From positions 170 to 64,169 of the forward strand of contig JBBQHK010000012.1 in assembly GCA_038323895.1 (NCBI GenBank): a stretch of DNA of 64,000 nucleotides, in the 5' to 3' direction. The stretch's first letter is position 1; each line of letters begins with the position of its first letter. This document shows positions 41,639-53,082 of the stretch, piece by piece. Made by a program: the position numbers and the translations under genes. Under the pieces are notes generated by a model. It made no database searches. It worked only from the letters and a program-made list of their open reading frames with translations, and had not been told where the DNA came from. The stretch comes from Lysobacterales bacterium. GTDB taxonomy: Bacteria; Pseudomonadota; Gammaproteobacteria; Xanthomonadales; Xanthomonadaceae.

Positions 41639-42666
41639 GGCGTTCTCCATGCAGCAGCGCCGCCCGGATTGAAATGGAAGTCCAGCAGGCGCCCGCCCTG
41701 TGCCGACAACGCCGCAGACAGGCGGACCCGATCGACCGGATCGCAGACGAACATCATGAAGCCACCGCCGCCCGCGCCGGAGACCTTGGTCGCAATCGCA
41801 CCGTTGGCCATGGCTTCGGCTTCAAGTGCATCGATCATCGGATTGCTGATGCTGCTGGCCATCGCTTTCTTCGCCACCCAACCCTGCTGCAGGGTGCGCG
41901 CGAAGCCGGCAAGATCGCCACGCAGCAATGTTTCCTTCATCAGCACGGCCTCCTGCTTGAGCTGGTGCATCGCCTCGAGCGAGCGCACTTGCCCGCTGGC
42001 GGCATTTCGCGACTGCTCGTCGATGATCCGTGCCGACTCACGCGAGACGCCGGTGAAGTAGAGCAGCAACGAGGCTTCAAGCTCGGCCAGGACCCAGTCC
42101 TTGATCCGCAGCGGATTGACGATCACGCGATCGTCGCGGTGGAATTCCATGAAGTTGAAGCCGCCGAATGCCGCGGCGTATTGATCCTGTCGGCCCCCGG
42201 CCAGGCCCAGGTCGATGCGTTCGATCTCGTAGGCCAGGTGGGCGATTTCGTACTCGCCCAGCGGTACCGAAAAATACTCGGCCAGCGCGGTCACCAGCGC
42301 AACCACCAATGTCGATGAAGAACCAAGCCCGGAACCCGGCGGTGCATCCGACCAGGTGCGGATGCGCAGCGGCGGCCGCTTCCCATCGAGGAAATCGTGG
42401 CAGATGCGCAGGTAAGCGCCCGCCAGTAGCTGCAACGGGCCGGCTTCACTCGCATCCAATGCCGCAGGTGGGCAGGTATGGCGTGCGCCACGGTCCAGCG
42501 CTTCCAGCGTGAGCAGGCCGTCGCCTGGATCGTCGATGGTGGCATAGGCGTGCTTGTCGATCGCGGCATTCATCACAAAGCCGCCATGCAGGTCACAATA
42601 CGGCGCGACATCGGTGCCGCCACCGGCCAAGCCCAGGCGCAGCGGCGCGCGCGCGCGGACAATCAT
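41635..42666 (-). CDS. hddA: D-glycero-alpha-D-manno-heptose-7-phosphate kinase (GHMP family)
   Basis: [35 protein letters not shown]. Confidence 0.88.
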   Translation of the reverse strand: MIVRARAPLRLGLAGGGTDVAPYCDLHGGFVMNAAIDKHAYATIDDPGDGLLTLEALDRGARHTCPPAALDASEAGPLQLLAGAYLRICHDFLDGKRPPLRIRTWSDAPPGSGLGSSSTLVVALVTALAEYFSVPLGEYEIAHLAYEIERIDLGLAGGRQDQYAAAFGGFNFMEFHRDDRVIVNPLRIKDWVLAELEASLLLYFTGVSRESARIIDEQSRNAASGQVRSLEAMHQLKQEAVLMKETLLRGDLAGFARTLQQGWVAKKAMASSISNPMIDALEAEAMANGAIATKVSGAGGGGFMMFVCDPVDRVRLSAALSAQGGRLLDFHFNPGGAAAWRTP

Positions 42667-45600
42667 GCACGTACCTGCGATGTAGCTACCTGCGATGTAG
42701 CGATGCCAAGCGCATCCAACAGGTCGACGCGCATCGCGTCGGGGGAAAAGTGACGGGCGACGTAATCGGCGCCGGCAATTGAGCGCCTGCGCCAGTCGCC
42801 GGCATCGTCGAGAAGGTTGCACACGCCGTTGGCAAGCGACGCGGGATCATCGCCGACCACGCATGCCTGCTCCACGCCGGGCAGGCCCTGCGCGCCCACC
42901 GGCGTGGTCACCAGTGGCAAGCCCTGATGCAATGCTTCGACCACCTTGTTCTTCACCCCGGCTCCGTAACGCAGCGGCACCACCGCGACCCTGGCATGAG
43001 CATAACGGCGCTGCAGTTCCACGTCGCTGACGAATCCGGTGACCTCGACCCGCGCGCCTGCCAGCGCCTGCACGTCAACAGTGGGATGGGAGCCGACCAG
43101 TGACAGCATTACCCCAGGGTGGCGCACCCACACCAGCGGCATGATCTCCTCGACCAGCCAGCGCGCAGCATCCACGTTCGGCGGATGTGCGAAACCGGCG
43201 ACGAACAACACGTTCGCACGACCCCCGGGTTGCGCATTGCCAACCACCTCGGCGAACGCATACGGCACGATGGCGCGTGCATCGACGTCGGGTGCGATGC
43301 GCTTGATCACGTCGGCCTCGTCCTGCGAGGGATACAGCACCGCATCGACGCGCGACCAGATCGCGCGTTCGCGCGCTTCCATTGCAGCCGCGCCCTGCTC
43401 CATCGCCTGACGCCCGTCGCCGGCGGGAAGCAGTGCCGCCTGGTCGCGCATGCGCCGGAAGTGCAGGTCGTGCCCGTAATAGGCGATGCGTGCGCGGCTG
43501 TGCATGCACAATGCGTCCAGGTGATGCTCGGCCACGTCCGGCCGCGACAGCAGCACGGCGTCGAAGATGTCGCCATATTCGCCGATGAGATTCCCGATGC
43601 CGCCGCGCCAGCGCGGGCCATGCAGCACCTCCACGCCCATCGCCTGCAATGCGGGCGTGTACGCCGGGTCGTTGTAGAGATTGTCCGGCCAGAACTTCAC
43701 CACGCAGCCGGCTTCGGCCAGTCGCTGCAGGAACGCGAGCATCGTGCGCGATCCGGCATCGCGATCCGGCTGCGGCACGTAGTGATCGACCACCAGCACG
43801 ACGGGACGGTTCCATGCGCGATCACGTGCACGCGCGACCTGCTCGCCGTTGGGATAGTGCGCAGCCAACGCATCGCCCCAACGCTCGAGGAACGTCGCCT
43901 GGTTGGCCACCTGGCAGGCCTTGATGCCGCTACCGGTATCGGTGCCGTGGGAAATTCCCTCGTGGTGGATCACGCGCGAGAATGGCGTGTAGTAAACCTC
44001 ATAGCCCGCTTCGCGCACGCGGAAGCACAGGTCGGAATCCTCGCAATAGGCCGGTACATAGCGTTCGTCGAAACCGCCCAACCGGATGAACAACTGGCGC
44101 GGCAACAACAACGCCGCACCCGAGCAGTAGTCGACTTTCCGCACGTAATTGAATTCGCAGGCATCGGGATCGCCCAGCCGCCCGTAGTTCCATGCCGAGC
44201 CGTCACGCCAGAAGATGCCGCCGGCTTCCTGCAGGCGCCCGTCGGGATACAGCAGCATTGATCCGGCGATGCCGGCATCGGGATGGGTTGCGAATACCGC
44301 AAGCAAGCCATCCAGCCAACCTTGTGTCACTTCGGTGTCGTTGTTGAGGAAGCAGACGTACTCGCCGCGCGCCAGCGTCATTGCCTGGTTACACGAACGC
44401 AGGAAGCCGAGGTTGGCCGGGTTCTCGTGGTAGCGCAGGCCGGGGACATCGCGCAGCGTTGTCATCAGCGGATCACCAGAGGCATCCTCCAGCACCAGCA
44501 CTTCGAAACTGGCGGCATCGCCGCTGTGCTGCAGCGAGCGCAGGCAACGCGCGGTGTAATCGAATTTGCCCCAGGTCGGGATGACGATCGTGACCCGTGG
44601 CTGGGCGATATCGGGAAACGCCACGCCAGCCAGCCACTGCGGGGAGACATCCATCGATGCTTCAACCGGGGCTTCAGACGGCGCTTGGTCAGGCGCAGGT
44701 GTATCGAAGTTGGGCAGTAACGGTGCAAGCGGCAGCAGTGCGGGACGCGATGGCAGTGGGATGGTGGCATCGCCGCCACGCAGGCGCGACACCAACCAAC
44801 GCAGCGGCCGCGTCAGTTTCCAGCTGCGCGAACACTGCATCTGCTGCGCCGCATGGTCGAGCGCCTGCGAATACTGCTTCAGGGATTCGTGGTTCTCCTG
44901 CATGCGCGCAATCCGTGCCAAGTGCATGCTGCGCTCGCCCTCGCGCTCCGAACGCGCTTGCGCCCGTTCGGCTTCGCGGGACACACGCTCATGCGCGAGC
45001 AGGTCATCAAGGCCCCGCGCCCATGAGATTTTCTCGAGGCGATCAACTTCGACCTCGCGATAGGCCGATTGCAGCGATGCAAGTTCGTCCTGCAGCGCTC
45101 TCGCCCATGCGAGTTTTTCTTCGCGATCCTGTTCGGCGGCACGGAACGACGACTGCAACGAGGCGAGTTCGCCCTTCAGCGATTCAACCCACGCAAGCTT
45201 TTCGTCTCGGTCCTGTTCAGCTGATCGGAACGACGACTGCAACGACGCAAGTTCGCCCTTGAGCGATTCCACCCACGCCAGCTTCTCTTCGCGGTCCTGC
45301 TCCGCCCCACGGAACGCTGCATGCAACGACGCAAGTTCATCCTTGAGCGATTCCACCCACGCAAGCTTCTCGACGCGGTCCTGATCAGCCGCACGAAACG
45401 CCGCATTCAACGACGCAAGTTCTTCCTTGAGCGATTCCACCCACGCGAGTTTCTCGACCCGGTCCTGCTCCGCTCCACGGAACGCCGACTGCAACGACGT
45501 GAGTTCGCCCTGCAGCAATTCGACCCACTTCAGCTTCTCGTCACGGTCCTGCTCGGCGGCGCGGAACGCGAAGTGCAGCGACGCAAGTTCGCCCTTGAGC

Positions 45601-46886
45601 GATTCCACCCACGCCAGCTTCTCGTCGCGATCCTGCTCCGTCCCACGGAACGCCAAGTGCAGCGACGCAAGTTCGGCCTTGAGCGATTCCACCCAGGCAA
45701 GCTTCTCGTCACGATCCTGTTCCGCCCCACGAAACGCCGCCTGTAACGTCCCGAGTTCTTGCTTGAGCGATTCGACCCACGCCAGCTTGTCATCGCGATC
45801 CACTTCAGCGTGTCGGTATAGCTCCTGCGCCTTCGCCAGGTCACGCTCAATCGAACGCGCCCATTGCACGGTCTGCTCGTGCTCTGCCACCAGCGCGCCA
45901 TGCTGCGCCTGCAACGCTTGCGACGCATCATCGAGATGCTTCGCCCATTGTCCTTGTTCGTCCAACGCCGCATGCAGGCAGGCAGCTTCGCGCGTGACTT
46001 GCGCGGCGCGGTCGCGGCTGTCGGCCAGCAAGCCGGCATAGGCATCAGCGATGGCGATGACAGGGGCGGCCGCCTGTTCGAACTCGAGCACTGCCTGTTG
46101 CCGTGCGGCCGGCACCAGCACCCGCGAGGCCAGTTCGGACAATGGCTGCAGGTGTCGGGTACCAGTATCCGCACCTGCACGGTGATGGCGCAACTGCGGA
46201 CGCAGGAAGGCATCGATGCGCGCCACCTGTCCTGCGTCGGGGTCAAAGTCCAGGCCTATAGCCTTGAACGCCTTGCTGGTCGTCGCCCGCCAATCATCCA
46301 GCAGGTCGGCATAGGACAGCATGCAGCGCATGCAGCCCTCGCTGCCACCGGACGCGTCGATAAGATAGCGTGCCCACAACAATTGGCTGATCGATGCCGG
46401 CAACCCATCGCGCCGTTCCAGCGAACCAGCAACTTCCTGCGGATGCCGGGTCATCAACAGCATCCGCGGCTCGATACCCATGCTCGCAAGCACGCGCCGC
46501 CATAAAGGCAACAGGCGGCACAAACGCGGATCCTTCACCGTCCACAGCGGCGTCGCCTGGAAATCGCGACGTATGATCGCTTCAATGTCGAGCGCTGCTG
46601 CTCCCGCCGCGGTCGATTCCAGCCAGCCTTCCGGCAAGGGCCGGGGATCATCCCAGCTGCGCCCCAGGGCCGACAGCAGGCGCTCGTGCACGGCCACCAC
46701 GCCATTGTGTTCCCAGAACCCGGACGGATTGTCCGGGCCCGCCGGCATCAGGTCATCGCCGAGCGTGACACCCAGCAGGTTGAGTACCCGGGTCAGTGCA
46801 GAGGTACCACTGCGATGCATGCCAAGCACCAACACAGCAATGGGTGCCTGCGTGCCATCGCGCGACAGCATGGGGCCAGCCATCAC
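42663..46886 (-). CDS. 1407-aa multidomain glycan synthase: sulfotransferase/P-loop-like domain, long repeat coiled coil, GT2 and GT4-like domains
   Basis: GMHRSGTS and KDPR at N-terminus; 28-aa repeats; [11 protein letters not shown]; [28 protein letters not shown]; [15 protein letters not shown]. Confidence 0.85.
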   Translation of the reverse strand: MMAGPMLSRDGTQAPIAVLVLGMHRSGTSALTRVLNLLGVTLGDDLMPAGPDNPSGFWEHNGVVAVHERLLSALGRSWDDPRPLPEGWLESTAAGAAALDIEAIIRRDFQATPLWTVKDPRLCRLLPLWRRVLASMGIEPRMLLMTRHPQEVAGSLERRDGLPASISQLLWARYLIDASGGSEGCMRCMLSYADLLDDWRATTSKAFKAIGLDFDPDAGQVARIDAFLRPQLRHHRAGADTGTRHLQPLSELASRVLVPAARQQAVLEFEQAAAPVIAIADAYAGLLADSRDRAAQVTREAACLHAALDEQGQWAKHLDDASQALQAQHGALVAEHEQTVQWARSIERDLAKAQELYRHAEVDRDDKLAWVESLKQELGTLQAAFRGAEQDRDEKLAWVESLKAELASLHLAFRGTEQDRDEKLAWVESLKGELASLHFAFRAAEQDRDEKLKWVELLQGELTSLQSAFRGAEQDRVEKLAWVESLKEELASLNAAFRAADQDRVEKLAWVESLKDELASLHAAFRGAEQDREEKLAWVESLKGELASLQSSFRSAEQDRDEKLAWVESLKGELASLQSSFRAAEQDREEKLAWARALQDELASLQSAYREVEVDRLEKISWARGLDDLLAHERVSREAERAQARSEREGERSMHLARIARMQENHESLKQYSQALDHAAQQMQCSRSWKLTRPLRWLVSRLRGGDATIPLPSRPALLPLAPLLPNFDTPAPDQAPSEAPVEASMDVSPQWLAGVAFPDIAQPRVTIVIPTWGKFDYTARCLRSLQHSGDAASFEVLVLEDASGDPLMTTLRDVPGLRYHENPANLGFLRSCNQAMTLARGEYVCFLNNDTEVTQGWLDGLLAVFATHPDAGIAGSMLLYPDGRLQEAGGIFWRDGSAWNYGRLGDPDACEFNYVRKVDYCSGAALLLPRQLFIRLGGFDERYVPAYCEDSDLCFRVREAGYEVYYTPFSRVIHHEGISHGTDTGSGIKACQVANQATFLERWGDALAAHYPNGEQVARARDRAWNRPVVLVVDHYVPQPDRDAGSRTMLAFLQRLAEAGCVVKFWPDNLYNDPAYTPALQAMGVEVLHGPRWRGGIGNLIGEYGDIFDAVLLSRPDVAEHHLDALCMHSRARIAYYGHDLHFRRMRDQAALLPAGDGRQAMEQGAAAMEARERAIWSRVDAVLYPSQDEADVIKRIAPDVDARAIVPYAFAEVVGNAQPGGRANVLFVAGFAHPPNVDAARWLVEEIMPLVWVRHPGVMLSLVGSHPTVDVQALAGARVEVTGFVSDVELQRRYAHARVAVVPLRYGAGVKNKVVEALHQGLPLVTTPVGAQGLPGVEQACVVGDDPASLANGVCNLLDDAGDWRRRSIAGADYVARHFSPDAMRVDLLDALGIATSQVATSQVRA
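45054..45809 (-). repeat. Nine tandem 84-bp (28-aa, four-heptad) coding repeats, with degenerate flanking units
   Basis: Consensus [28 protein letters not shown] repeated with exact 84-nt period. Confidence 0.95.
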
Positions 46887-46901
46887 GTGCAGCCGCCGTG
46901 C

Positions 46902-49127
46902 TCAGCGGGATTTCGGGGGGGCGGGCGTCGGCGCATTCAACGGCACCGACGGCACCACCGGCACATCCGGCGCCGTGGTGTAGGGAAGATCAATCAACTC
47001 GAAGCGCTGGCTCAACGAGCGCGTCAACTCTTCCGCCTGGGTGTTGGTCTCGATGATGTAGGGCACGATCATCAACACGAGTTCTGTCTTGTTCTGCTTG
47101 CGCGTGGTCGACTTGAAGGCGTTGCCCAGCAGCGGGATGTCCTTCAGGTACGGGATGCCGCTGTTGGAGTTGGTACGCGTCTGCGACATCAGGCCGGCAA
47201 TCAGGATCGCGCTGCCGTCCTTGAGGCTGAGGCTGGTGGAGATCGAGCGATTGAAGATGGCCGGTGACTGGACCGCCGCGTTCGCGCCCAGTGGCTGCGC
47301 CTCGCTGACTTCCTGGCGAATCTCCAGGTCGACGCGGTCGTCGGAAAACACCACCGGCTTGATGTTGAGCAGGATGCCGGTCTTGCGGTACTGCACAGTC
47401 TGCAGGATGTTGCTGGTGCCGCCGGACTGGAGTGGCGATGTGGATTGCGAACTGATCGTGGGCACCTCGGTGCCGACGTCGATGTTGGCTTCATCGCCAC
47501 TCTTGACCATCAGCCTGGGCGTGGAAAGAATGCTGATGCGGTCGCGGCTGGCAAGCGCCTTCAACGAAGCGCGGGTCGCTCCGCCGATGTCGAGCAGGTA
47601 GTTGAGGCCGGCACCCCCAATCCCGCCGATCGTGCCAGAGCTGACGTTGCCATCGAACCTGCCGACATCGTTCTTGGCCAGCCAGGCCACGCCGAATTCC
47701 TCGTCGTTGCCGAGCGTCACCTCGGCCACGGTGACTTCAATCATCACCTGCCTGGGCGCTTTGTCCATCTGTTTGATCAACGGCAACAGCCTTGCCCAGT
47801 CGGTGGCATTGCCCTGGTAGATCAGCCCATTTCTCGGCTCGTCCAGCAGCAGCTTGCCCTTGGTCAGGTCGCCACCACTCGCGTCTGGACTCGTCGCTGT
47901 AACAGTGCCGAACTCTGCGTTTGCAGCGGTAACGGCAGCGCGCGGCTGGGCGTTCAAACCCACCTCGCTGCCGTCGATGGTGTCGCGCGACGGCGTGCGC
48001 ACATTGCTTTCGCCACGTACACCATTGATGGTGGACACGATTTCCTTGGCCTGGGTGTTCTTGACCGTGTAATAGAACAGCCCGTCACCGCCGGCGACCG
48101 GGTTGGGTCGATCGATGCTGCGCGCCCATTCCACCGCATGCTCCAGCACCTGGCGGTCCGCCGCAAATACCAGCACGGCATTGGCCGCGGTGAGTGGCAG
48201 GATCAGCACCGCGGTGGCGGAGGCAGCGCCACTGGAATACAACGAGGCCCCATACCCTTCCGCACCCAGCACTTCGACCAACCGCTTGGACAATTCATCC
48301 GCACTGACGAAGGCCGGTTCAAGCCGTGCACTCTCGCGGCCTCGCATGTAGGGGCGGTCAAACACATGGATCGCGTCCAATGCCTGCCGGACCATCTCCG
48401 GCTTGCCCATCAGGACGACTGCATTGCGGCTGTTGTCTGTCTGGATCTGCAGCGAGTCACTCTTGAACGCGATGTTGAGCAGGTTGACGACGTCGTTGGC
48501 ACGCACCGACTGCAATTCGACCAGCTGGAACACCGGGCGATGGCTGATCGGCACTTCCGGCAACGTACGCCCGCTCACGACCAGCGGCGGAACCGTACTG
48601 GCCGCATCCGGTGCGCGCCTGAACATCACCATTCCCGAGCTGTATTCGGCAGACACGCCATAGCTGCGCAGTACCGACGTGGCCAGGCGATAGAACTCCT
48701 GCGGACTCTGCGGCCCGGACGTGCGCAATGTCACCAGGTCGCTCATTCGCCCGACCTGTGCATCCATCTGGAATCCGACGCCGAGGATTGCGCCGAAAAA
48801 TTCGTTGATGAAGGCCGGCACCGGCATGCCTTCGATATTGACGTTGACCGCACCACCCTTCAGCGGCGGCAATGCTTCGCCCGCGGCGCCGGCCACCAGC
48901 ACCCCCGAAGCACGGCCAGGGATCGCAGGCGTGTCGTTGCGCTGCATCGTCCCCGGGCGCGTGGACTGGCTGGTGTCAACCATGCTCTTGCTGGCGTCCT
49001 GCGCCTCCCCCTGGGTCGTGGAACCCGCGGGTGGGGGCACTTGCAGACGTGGCGTGGTGGTGCACCCGGCAAGCATCAGCGTGGTGGAAAAAGCGATCAG
49101 GGTAGTGCGAAGGACAGTCATATGCAT
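46902..49127 (-). CDS. gspD: Type II secretion secretin with lipoprotein signal
   Basis: Lipobox MLAG|C, QVMIEVTVAEV, YRKTGILL, IPYLKDIPLLGNAF, KTELVLMIVPYII; start uncertain (49121-49142). Confidence 0.92.
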   Translation of the reverse strand: MHMTVLRTTLIAFSTTLMLAGCTTTPRLQVPPPAGSTTQGEAQDASKSMVDTSQSTRPGTMQRNDTPAIPGRASGVLVAGAAGEALPPLKGGAVNVNIEGMPVPAFINEFFGAILGVGFQMDAQVGRMSDLVTLRTSGPQSPQEFYRLATSVLRSYGVSAEYSSGMVMFRRAPDAASTVPPLVVSGRTLPEVPISHRPVFQLVELQSVRANDVVNLLNIAFKSDSLQIQTDNSRNAVVLMGKPEMVRQALDAIHVFDRPYMRGRESARLEPAFVSADELSKRLVEVLGAEGYGASLYSSGAASATAVLILPLTAANAVLVFAADRQVLEHAVEWARSIDRPNPVAGGDGLFYYTVKNTQAKEIVSTINGVRGESNVRTPSRDTIDGSEVGLNAQPRAAVTAANAEFGTVTATSPDASGGDLTKGKLLLDEPRNGLIYQGNATDWARLLPLIKQMDKAPRQVMIEVTVAEVTLGNDEEFGVAWLAKNDVGRFDGNVSSGTIGGIGGAGLNYLLDIGGATRASLKALASRDRISILSTPRLMVKSGDEANIDVGTEVPTISSQSTSPLQSGGTSNILQTVQYRKTGILLNIKPVVFSDDRVDLEIRQEVSEAQPLGANAAVQSPAIFNRSISTSLSLKDGSAILIAGLMSQTRTNSNSGIPYLKDIPLLGNAFKSTTRKQNKTELVLMIVPYIIETNTQAEELTRSLSQRFELIDLPYTTAPDVPVVPSVPLNAPTPAPPKSR

Positions 49128-49143
49128 GAGATTCGAAGCCAAT

Positions 49144-49779
49144 TCATGGGATCGCGGCGTCCGTGGCCGGTGACGCGGGCGGCACGGATTTCAGGGGACG
49201 TCGTGGCGCGGAGGGGGGCGGCGTCGCAACACGCGCCGTCGACGGCTGTGCCGCGTTGTTGGGTAAGGGCGAGGCGGAGGGATCCGCAGTCTCTGGCGCC
49301 GATCCAATACAGGCGTTGTTCTCCGCGGTGACTGGACGGTACAACCTGCGCTCACGCAGGCAGCCGTCTTTCTCAAACCAGACCGCGTCGCGGCTCACCC
49401 GCGCGAGCGTGGAGCCGTCAGGCAAGTTCGATCCAACCGGTACCAGATTGGTAGCCTGGGTTCCGCTGGGCAGAGTGATGGCGGCCATGGGCATTGGTCG
49501 AGTGATGATCGCGGTCAGGGACCACTCCATCCTGGGAGCGGAGCGCCTGCCAGGGGTCTCCACGTTGCTCCAGAAGCGCGCCGAGCGCAGGGTCGCGTAA
49601 GCGTCTTCCCGAAACCGACTTGTCTCCGCCCCTCCCGGAAGCGACCACGCCTCGGTTCCCGCCTTGGGGGGAGTCGCGGCACGTATGGGGAGGAACAGGC
49701 CAACGATCGTCCCCAGTAGCATACCGGCGGCCGCGGCAGAAGGAAGCAGGTGACGCCGGAACAGGTCAAGGCGTGCCAT
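49144..49779 (-). CDS. T2SS GspC/XpsN-like protein
   Basis: N-terminal TM, WSLTAII...VGSNLPDGSTLARVSRDAVWF beta domain, Pro-rich tail; position between M and D. Confidence 0.6.
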   Translation of the reverse strand: MARLDLFRRHLLPSAAAAGMLLGTIVGLFLPIRAATPPKAGTEAWSLPGGAETSRFREDAYATLRSARFWSNVETPGRRSAPRMEWSLTAIITRPMPMAAITLPSGTQATNLVPVGSNLPDGSTLARVSRDAVWFEKDGCLRERRLYRPVTAENNACIGSAPETADPSASPLPNNAAQPSTARVATPPPSAPRRPLKSVPPASPATDAAIP

Positions 49780-50368
49780 TGGCGATCGCCCCCCGTCTGT
49801 CCACGCGGTAATACGCGACGGCAGTCACGCTCACGTTTGGCGCGTCACGGATGATGCTGACGGTCATGGCATCCACCACGGTCAATCGGTCGGAACTCTC
49901 GATACGTCGCAGGATCTCCTGCAGTTGCTTCACGGAGACCAGGCCACGAATCGTGATGGGGATGCGCCAAAGGCCTGGCTGGCCTGCCACCTCAACGGGT
50001 GCGTGCGTCTCGGACGCCATCTTGGGGCCGAATGCCTGCATGATCTGGCGCATCCATGTCTGCACTTCCGCCTGGGCCAAACCTATTGTCGCCGCGCTCG
50101 GGATTTCCGCTCGCAACGCTTTTTCAAGCACGCGTGCACTTTCGGCGCGCTGCAACCATTCATCCTTGCCGGCCAACGCCTGCACCTTGTAGAGCTGGAG
50201 CGTCCGTTGTTGGTACTGCGCGTGCAATTCGGCGCGCCAGTCGACGAGGACCAGCAACGCATAGATCACCATGATCACCAGGATCGCTGCGGCTCCGACG
50301 CGCAAGCGCGGGTTGCCCGCCCACTCGGTGCGAAACTGTGCAAAGCGCTGGGCAGTCGGCCCCGCCAT
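49766..50368 (-). CDS. gspM: T2SS GspM-like protein
   Basis: Single TM, coiled segment, ferredoxin-like C-domain (LQEILRRIES); position after L. Confidence 0.65.
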   Translation of the reverse strand: MAGPTAQRFAQFRTEWAGNPRLRVGAAAILVIMVIYALLVLVDWRAELHAQYQQRTLQLYKVQALAGKDEWLQRAESARVLEKALRAEIPSAATIGLAQAEVQTWMRQIMQAFGPKMASETHAPVEVAGQPGLWRIPITIRGLVSVKQLQEILRRIESSDRLTVVDAMTVSIIRDAPNVSVTAVAYYRVDRRGAIANGTP

Positions 50369-51474
50369 CAGCGGCTACCCCGCGGCATGCTTCGCAACAC
50401 GCGCGCATTGACGATGACCTGATTGCTCTGGGCGCCCATCTCCGCGGTGACGTCAGTGAATTGGCCCGAAGCTTCCCAGGCGGTCACGATCGCGCTTGGA
50501 TCGGCAGTTGGCATGATCGCGGTCAGTTGCACGTTGTCCGCATCCTCCATCTTCCACTCGACCAGTTGCCACGGCCCACGCATCACCCTGCTGACCGCGG
50601 ACAACAATTGCACTTGGCCTGCCGGCGGGCGGAGTGCCAACGTCTTTTCTATCAAGGCCTGTCCTGCCAGCGCGCGCTCGCGCGCGTCGATGATCTTCTC
50701 CAATGCCTGTTCCTGCGCCTGGATGTCCCGATCGACCTGCCAGATGGAAACCTTGAGTGCAATGCCTGCCACCAGCAATGTACTGACGGCGGCAGCGGCC
50801 ACGCCCGTCACCAGTGCCAGCAACAACTGCCGTTGCTGGCCCATGACTTCGCCCAGACCCCGCAACTGCGGCGCCGACCACGGGCGTTCCGCCAACGGAT
50901 AGGGCAATGCTTCCGGAACCTGATGCGCCGACTGCAAGCCCGCGCCGCGCCGGAACTCGTTCCACTCCGCCAGCGCAGGCGGCAACGCCCACCAGCGGGT
51001 CGCTGCAAGCAGGCCCTCCTGCCAGACACGACCTTCGCAGCCACTGTCCATCACGACAAGCTCTTCCCCGTCGCGTTGCGGCTGACCGCGGTATAACGAC
51101 TCCGGCAGCACACGCCGGGGCGCGACCAGCGGCGCTGCATCCTGGCCTGCATCGAGGATCTGATCGCGCGACCACGCCCATACCATCGCGCGGTCGCCAA
51201 TCCACTCGACATAGGACTGCGGGTTGGCGAAAGGCGCCCATCGTGCCACCGCCATGTCTGCAAAGCCGCGGCGTTTGCGAGCCGGAACGGAGGCGCCATC
51301 AAGTGTCGTGTAGGCACAAAGGCCGCGGGCCAGCACCCATTCCTGGCCGCTCCCACCTTCCGTCAAACTGCGCAACCCTTCAGCGTTGCGCAGCCCGCGG
51401 CTTGGGGAAAAGCCGCGACGCAACCGGGTGAACAATGTCGCCTTCCGACTGGTACTTGGATTGGATGAGCTCAT
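50368..51474 (-). CDS. gspL: T2SS GspL-like protein (divergent)
   Basis: Cytoplasmic domain, one TM, coiled coil, small periplasmic domain; position between K and M; start uncertain. Confidence 0.6.
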   Translation of the reverse strand: MSSSNPSTSRKATLFTRLRRGFSPSRGLRNAEGLRSLTEGGSGQEWVLARGLCAYTTLDGASVPARKRRGFADMAVARWAPFANPQSYVEWIGDRAMVWAWSRDQILDAGQDAAPLVAPRRVLPESLYRGQPQRDGEELVVMDSGCEGRVWQEGLLAATRWWALPPALAEWNEFRRGAGLQSAHQVPEALPYPLAERPWSAPQLRGLGEVMGQQRQLLLALVTGVAAAAVSTLLVAGIALKVSIWQVDRDIQAQEQALEKIIDARERALAGQALIEKTLALRPPAGQVQLLSAVSRVMRGPWQLVEWKMEDADNVQLTAIMPTADPSAIVTAWEASGQFTDVTAEMGAQSNQVIVNARVLRSMPRGSR

Positions 51475-52459
51475 AGTCCTCGCGCCAGGGGGGCTGTCCC
51501 TCTTCCAAGGGAGTCAGCGTCCAGTGCACCAGGCTCACCTGCCCGCCATTTGCAGACCACAGTTTCAGCGTACCGGACGGAGCAGGATACACAGCTACCC
51601 CCTCTTCTGCCGAGCTCTGTACGCCCAGGAACTCGAAAAACGCGCGCCCAGTCATGAACGGTTCTACTTTGCGTCGCGCGAGTATCCGCTCGACCAGTTC
51701 CGCAGTCACGCCGTCTACAGTCAACAGGACGCGGGCGGGCGCGGTGTTGACATTGATCATTGACGTATCTTCCAGGCTGACGGTATCGCTGAGTTCGGCA
51801 GAACCAAGAAAGCCCAGCGCTTCAGCCCATCCCACTACCCGCATCAGCTCCATGGGCGTGGCGAGCTTGCGGTTGCTCGGGGGCTGCATGCCAGCGCTCA
51901 GGTAACCATCGGCTTCCATGCTGTTGAGGCGATACAGGTCGTCCGGATCCTGGTAATCCATCAACCGGTTGATGAGGGTAGCGGAGGGAATCGAGGTGGG
52001 CGCCGCCGTCTGCGCCAGCAGCCTTTGCAGTGCACGCGGCGGGCTCCAGTTCACGCCGAACAGGCCCTGCTCGTCCTGCAGCGAAAAGCGGATCGCGTTC
52101 AAGCCCCGATATGGTCGTCCATCCAGTGCAATCTCGTTGCCGACCGGAAGCGAGGACATCAAGTCTTCGTCAGATTCGATCTGGCGGATACCGCTTTCCC
52201 CAAACGAAACATTCTGGTCCAGGGTCAGGCCTCCGGTCGTCATGCGTTGAGTGTTGAGCAGGTAGAACACGGTCGCGCGCGTACTTGCGATGTCGATCGA
52301 ATCACGCAGTCGGACCTGACGGAACTGTGCCTGCTCCCGCAACCGCTCTGTCACGCCGGCAATCGAGCCTGCAAGCAACGACAGGATGACCAACATGGCC
52401 AACACCAGTACCAGTACGAACCCGGATGCATTTCCAGGACGCGGGATATGGCGGTTCAC
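51380..52459 (-). CDS. gspK: T2SS minor pseudopilin K
   Basis: G|FVLVLVL prepilin site without E5, LQDEQG, LMDYQDPD, INVNTAP. Confidence 0.88.
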   Translation of the reverse strand: MNRHIPRPGNASGFVLVLVLAMLVILSLLAGSIAGVTERLREQAQFRQVRLRDSIDIASTRATVFYLLNTQRMTTGGLTLDQNVSFGESGIRQIESDEDLMSSLPVGNEIALDGRPYRGLNAIRFSLQDEQGLFGVNWSPPRALQRLLAQTAAPTSIPSATLINRLMDYQDPDDLYRLNSMEADGYLSAGMQPPSNRKLATPMELMRVVGWAEALGFLGSAELSDTVSLEDTSMINVNTAPARVLLTVDGVTAELVERILARRKVEPFMTGRAFFEFLGVQSSAEEGVAVYPAPSGTLKLWSANGGQVSLVHWTLTPLEEGQPPWREDYELIQSKYQSEGDIVHPVASRLFPKPRAAQR

Positions 52460-53082
52460 TCGACCTCCTCGTAGCCATAGACGCGCTTGGGGGGCAGCAG
52501 CGGGCCGAGTACGGCTGCGGCCATCGGCTGGGCTTGAGCATTGCCATCGCGCACCAACATGACCAACGCGGGCAACTCACCCGGCTTGCGATTGCCAAGC
52601 TTGGGTGGCCACGCATCCTGCACGTTGTCCTCGCGATCCACGTAGGCGAAGTGGGCACCGTCCCCGCCTTCCAGTCGCTGGCGCCAACGACTCACACCGT
52701 TCTCCAGGTACATGATTTCCATCTGACCTTCGCCACGTACAAGCCGCCACTCCACCACGGTCGGTGCACCTTCCGTTGCATAAAGGGGATTGAGGGTCGT
52801 ACCGCTGAACTGCGTGGCGGAGCCAAGGAATTCCAGGTCTTTCGCCGCATAAAGTCCATTGACGCTGTCGCGGAACCAGGCGTGGAACAGGGCACGTCGA
52901 TCAATCTGGCCGGACTGCGCCTGCACGCGATCATGTGAGACCCGGTAACTCCCGAGCATCTGGAACATGAGCATGGTCGTGAGCGATACCAGGATCAACG
53001 TGACCAGCATCTCCATCAACGTGAAACCAGCAATACAGTCCACGCGCATGGCCCGGTCGGCGCGGGGCGGGGCCGCACTCAC
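52456..53082 (-). CDS. gspJ: T2SS minor pseudopilin J
   Basis: G|FTLMEMLV N-methylation motif; C-terminal LPALV; position. Confidence 0.8.
   Translation of the reverse strand: MSAAPPRADRAMRVDCIAGFTLMEMLVTLILVSLTTMLMFQMLGSYRVSHDRVQAQSGQIDRRALFHAWFRDSVNGLYAAKDLEFLGSATQFSGTTLNPLYATEGAPTVVEWRLVRGEGQMEIMYLENGVSRWRQRLEGGDGAHFAYVDREDNVQDAWPPKLGNRKPGELPALVMLVRDGNAQAQPMAAAVLGPLLPPKRVYGYEEVE

Noticed and set aside
39731-42666. Heptose genes considered as LPS inner-core ADP-heptose synthesis
   Set aside because: Kinase is GHMP/HddA type; no hldE, hldD, waaC or waaF in the window
42672-42701. 15-bp direct repeat TACCTGCGATGTAGC x2 at the end of the synthase (ATSQV x2)
   Set aside because: Looks like a small in-frame slippage duplication in a C-terminal tail; no element between the copies
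45054-45809. Regular repeats considered as a CRISPR array
   Set aside because: In-frame 84-bp coding units without unique spacers; no cas genes in the window
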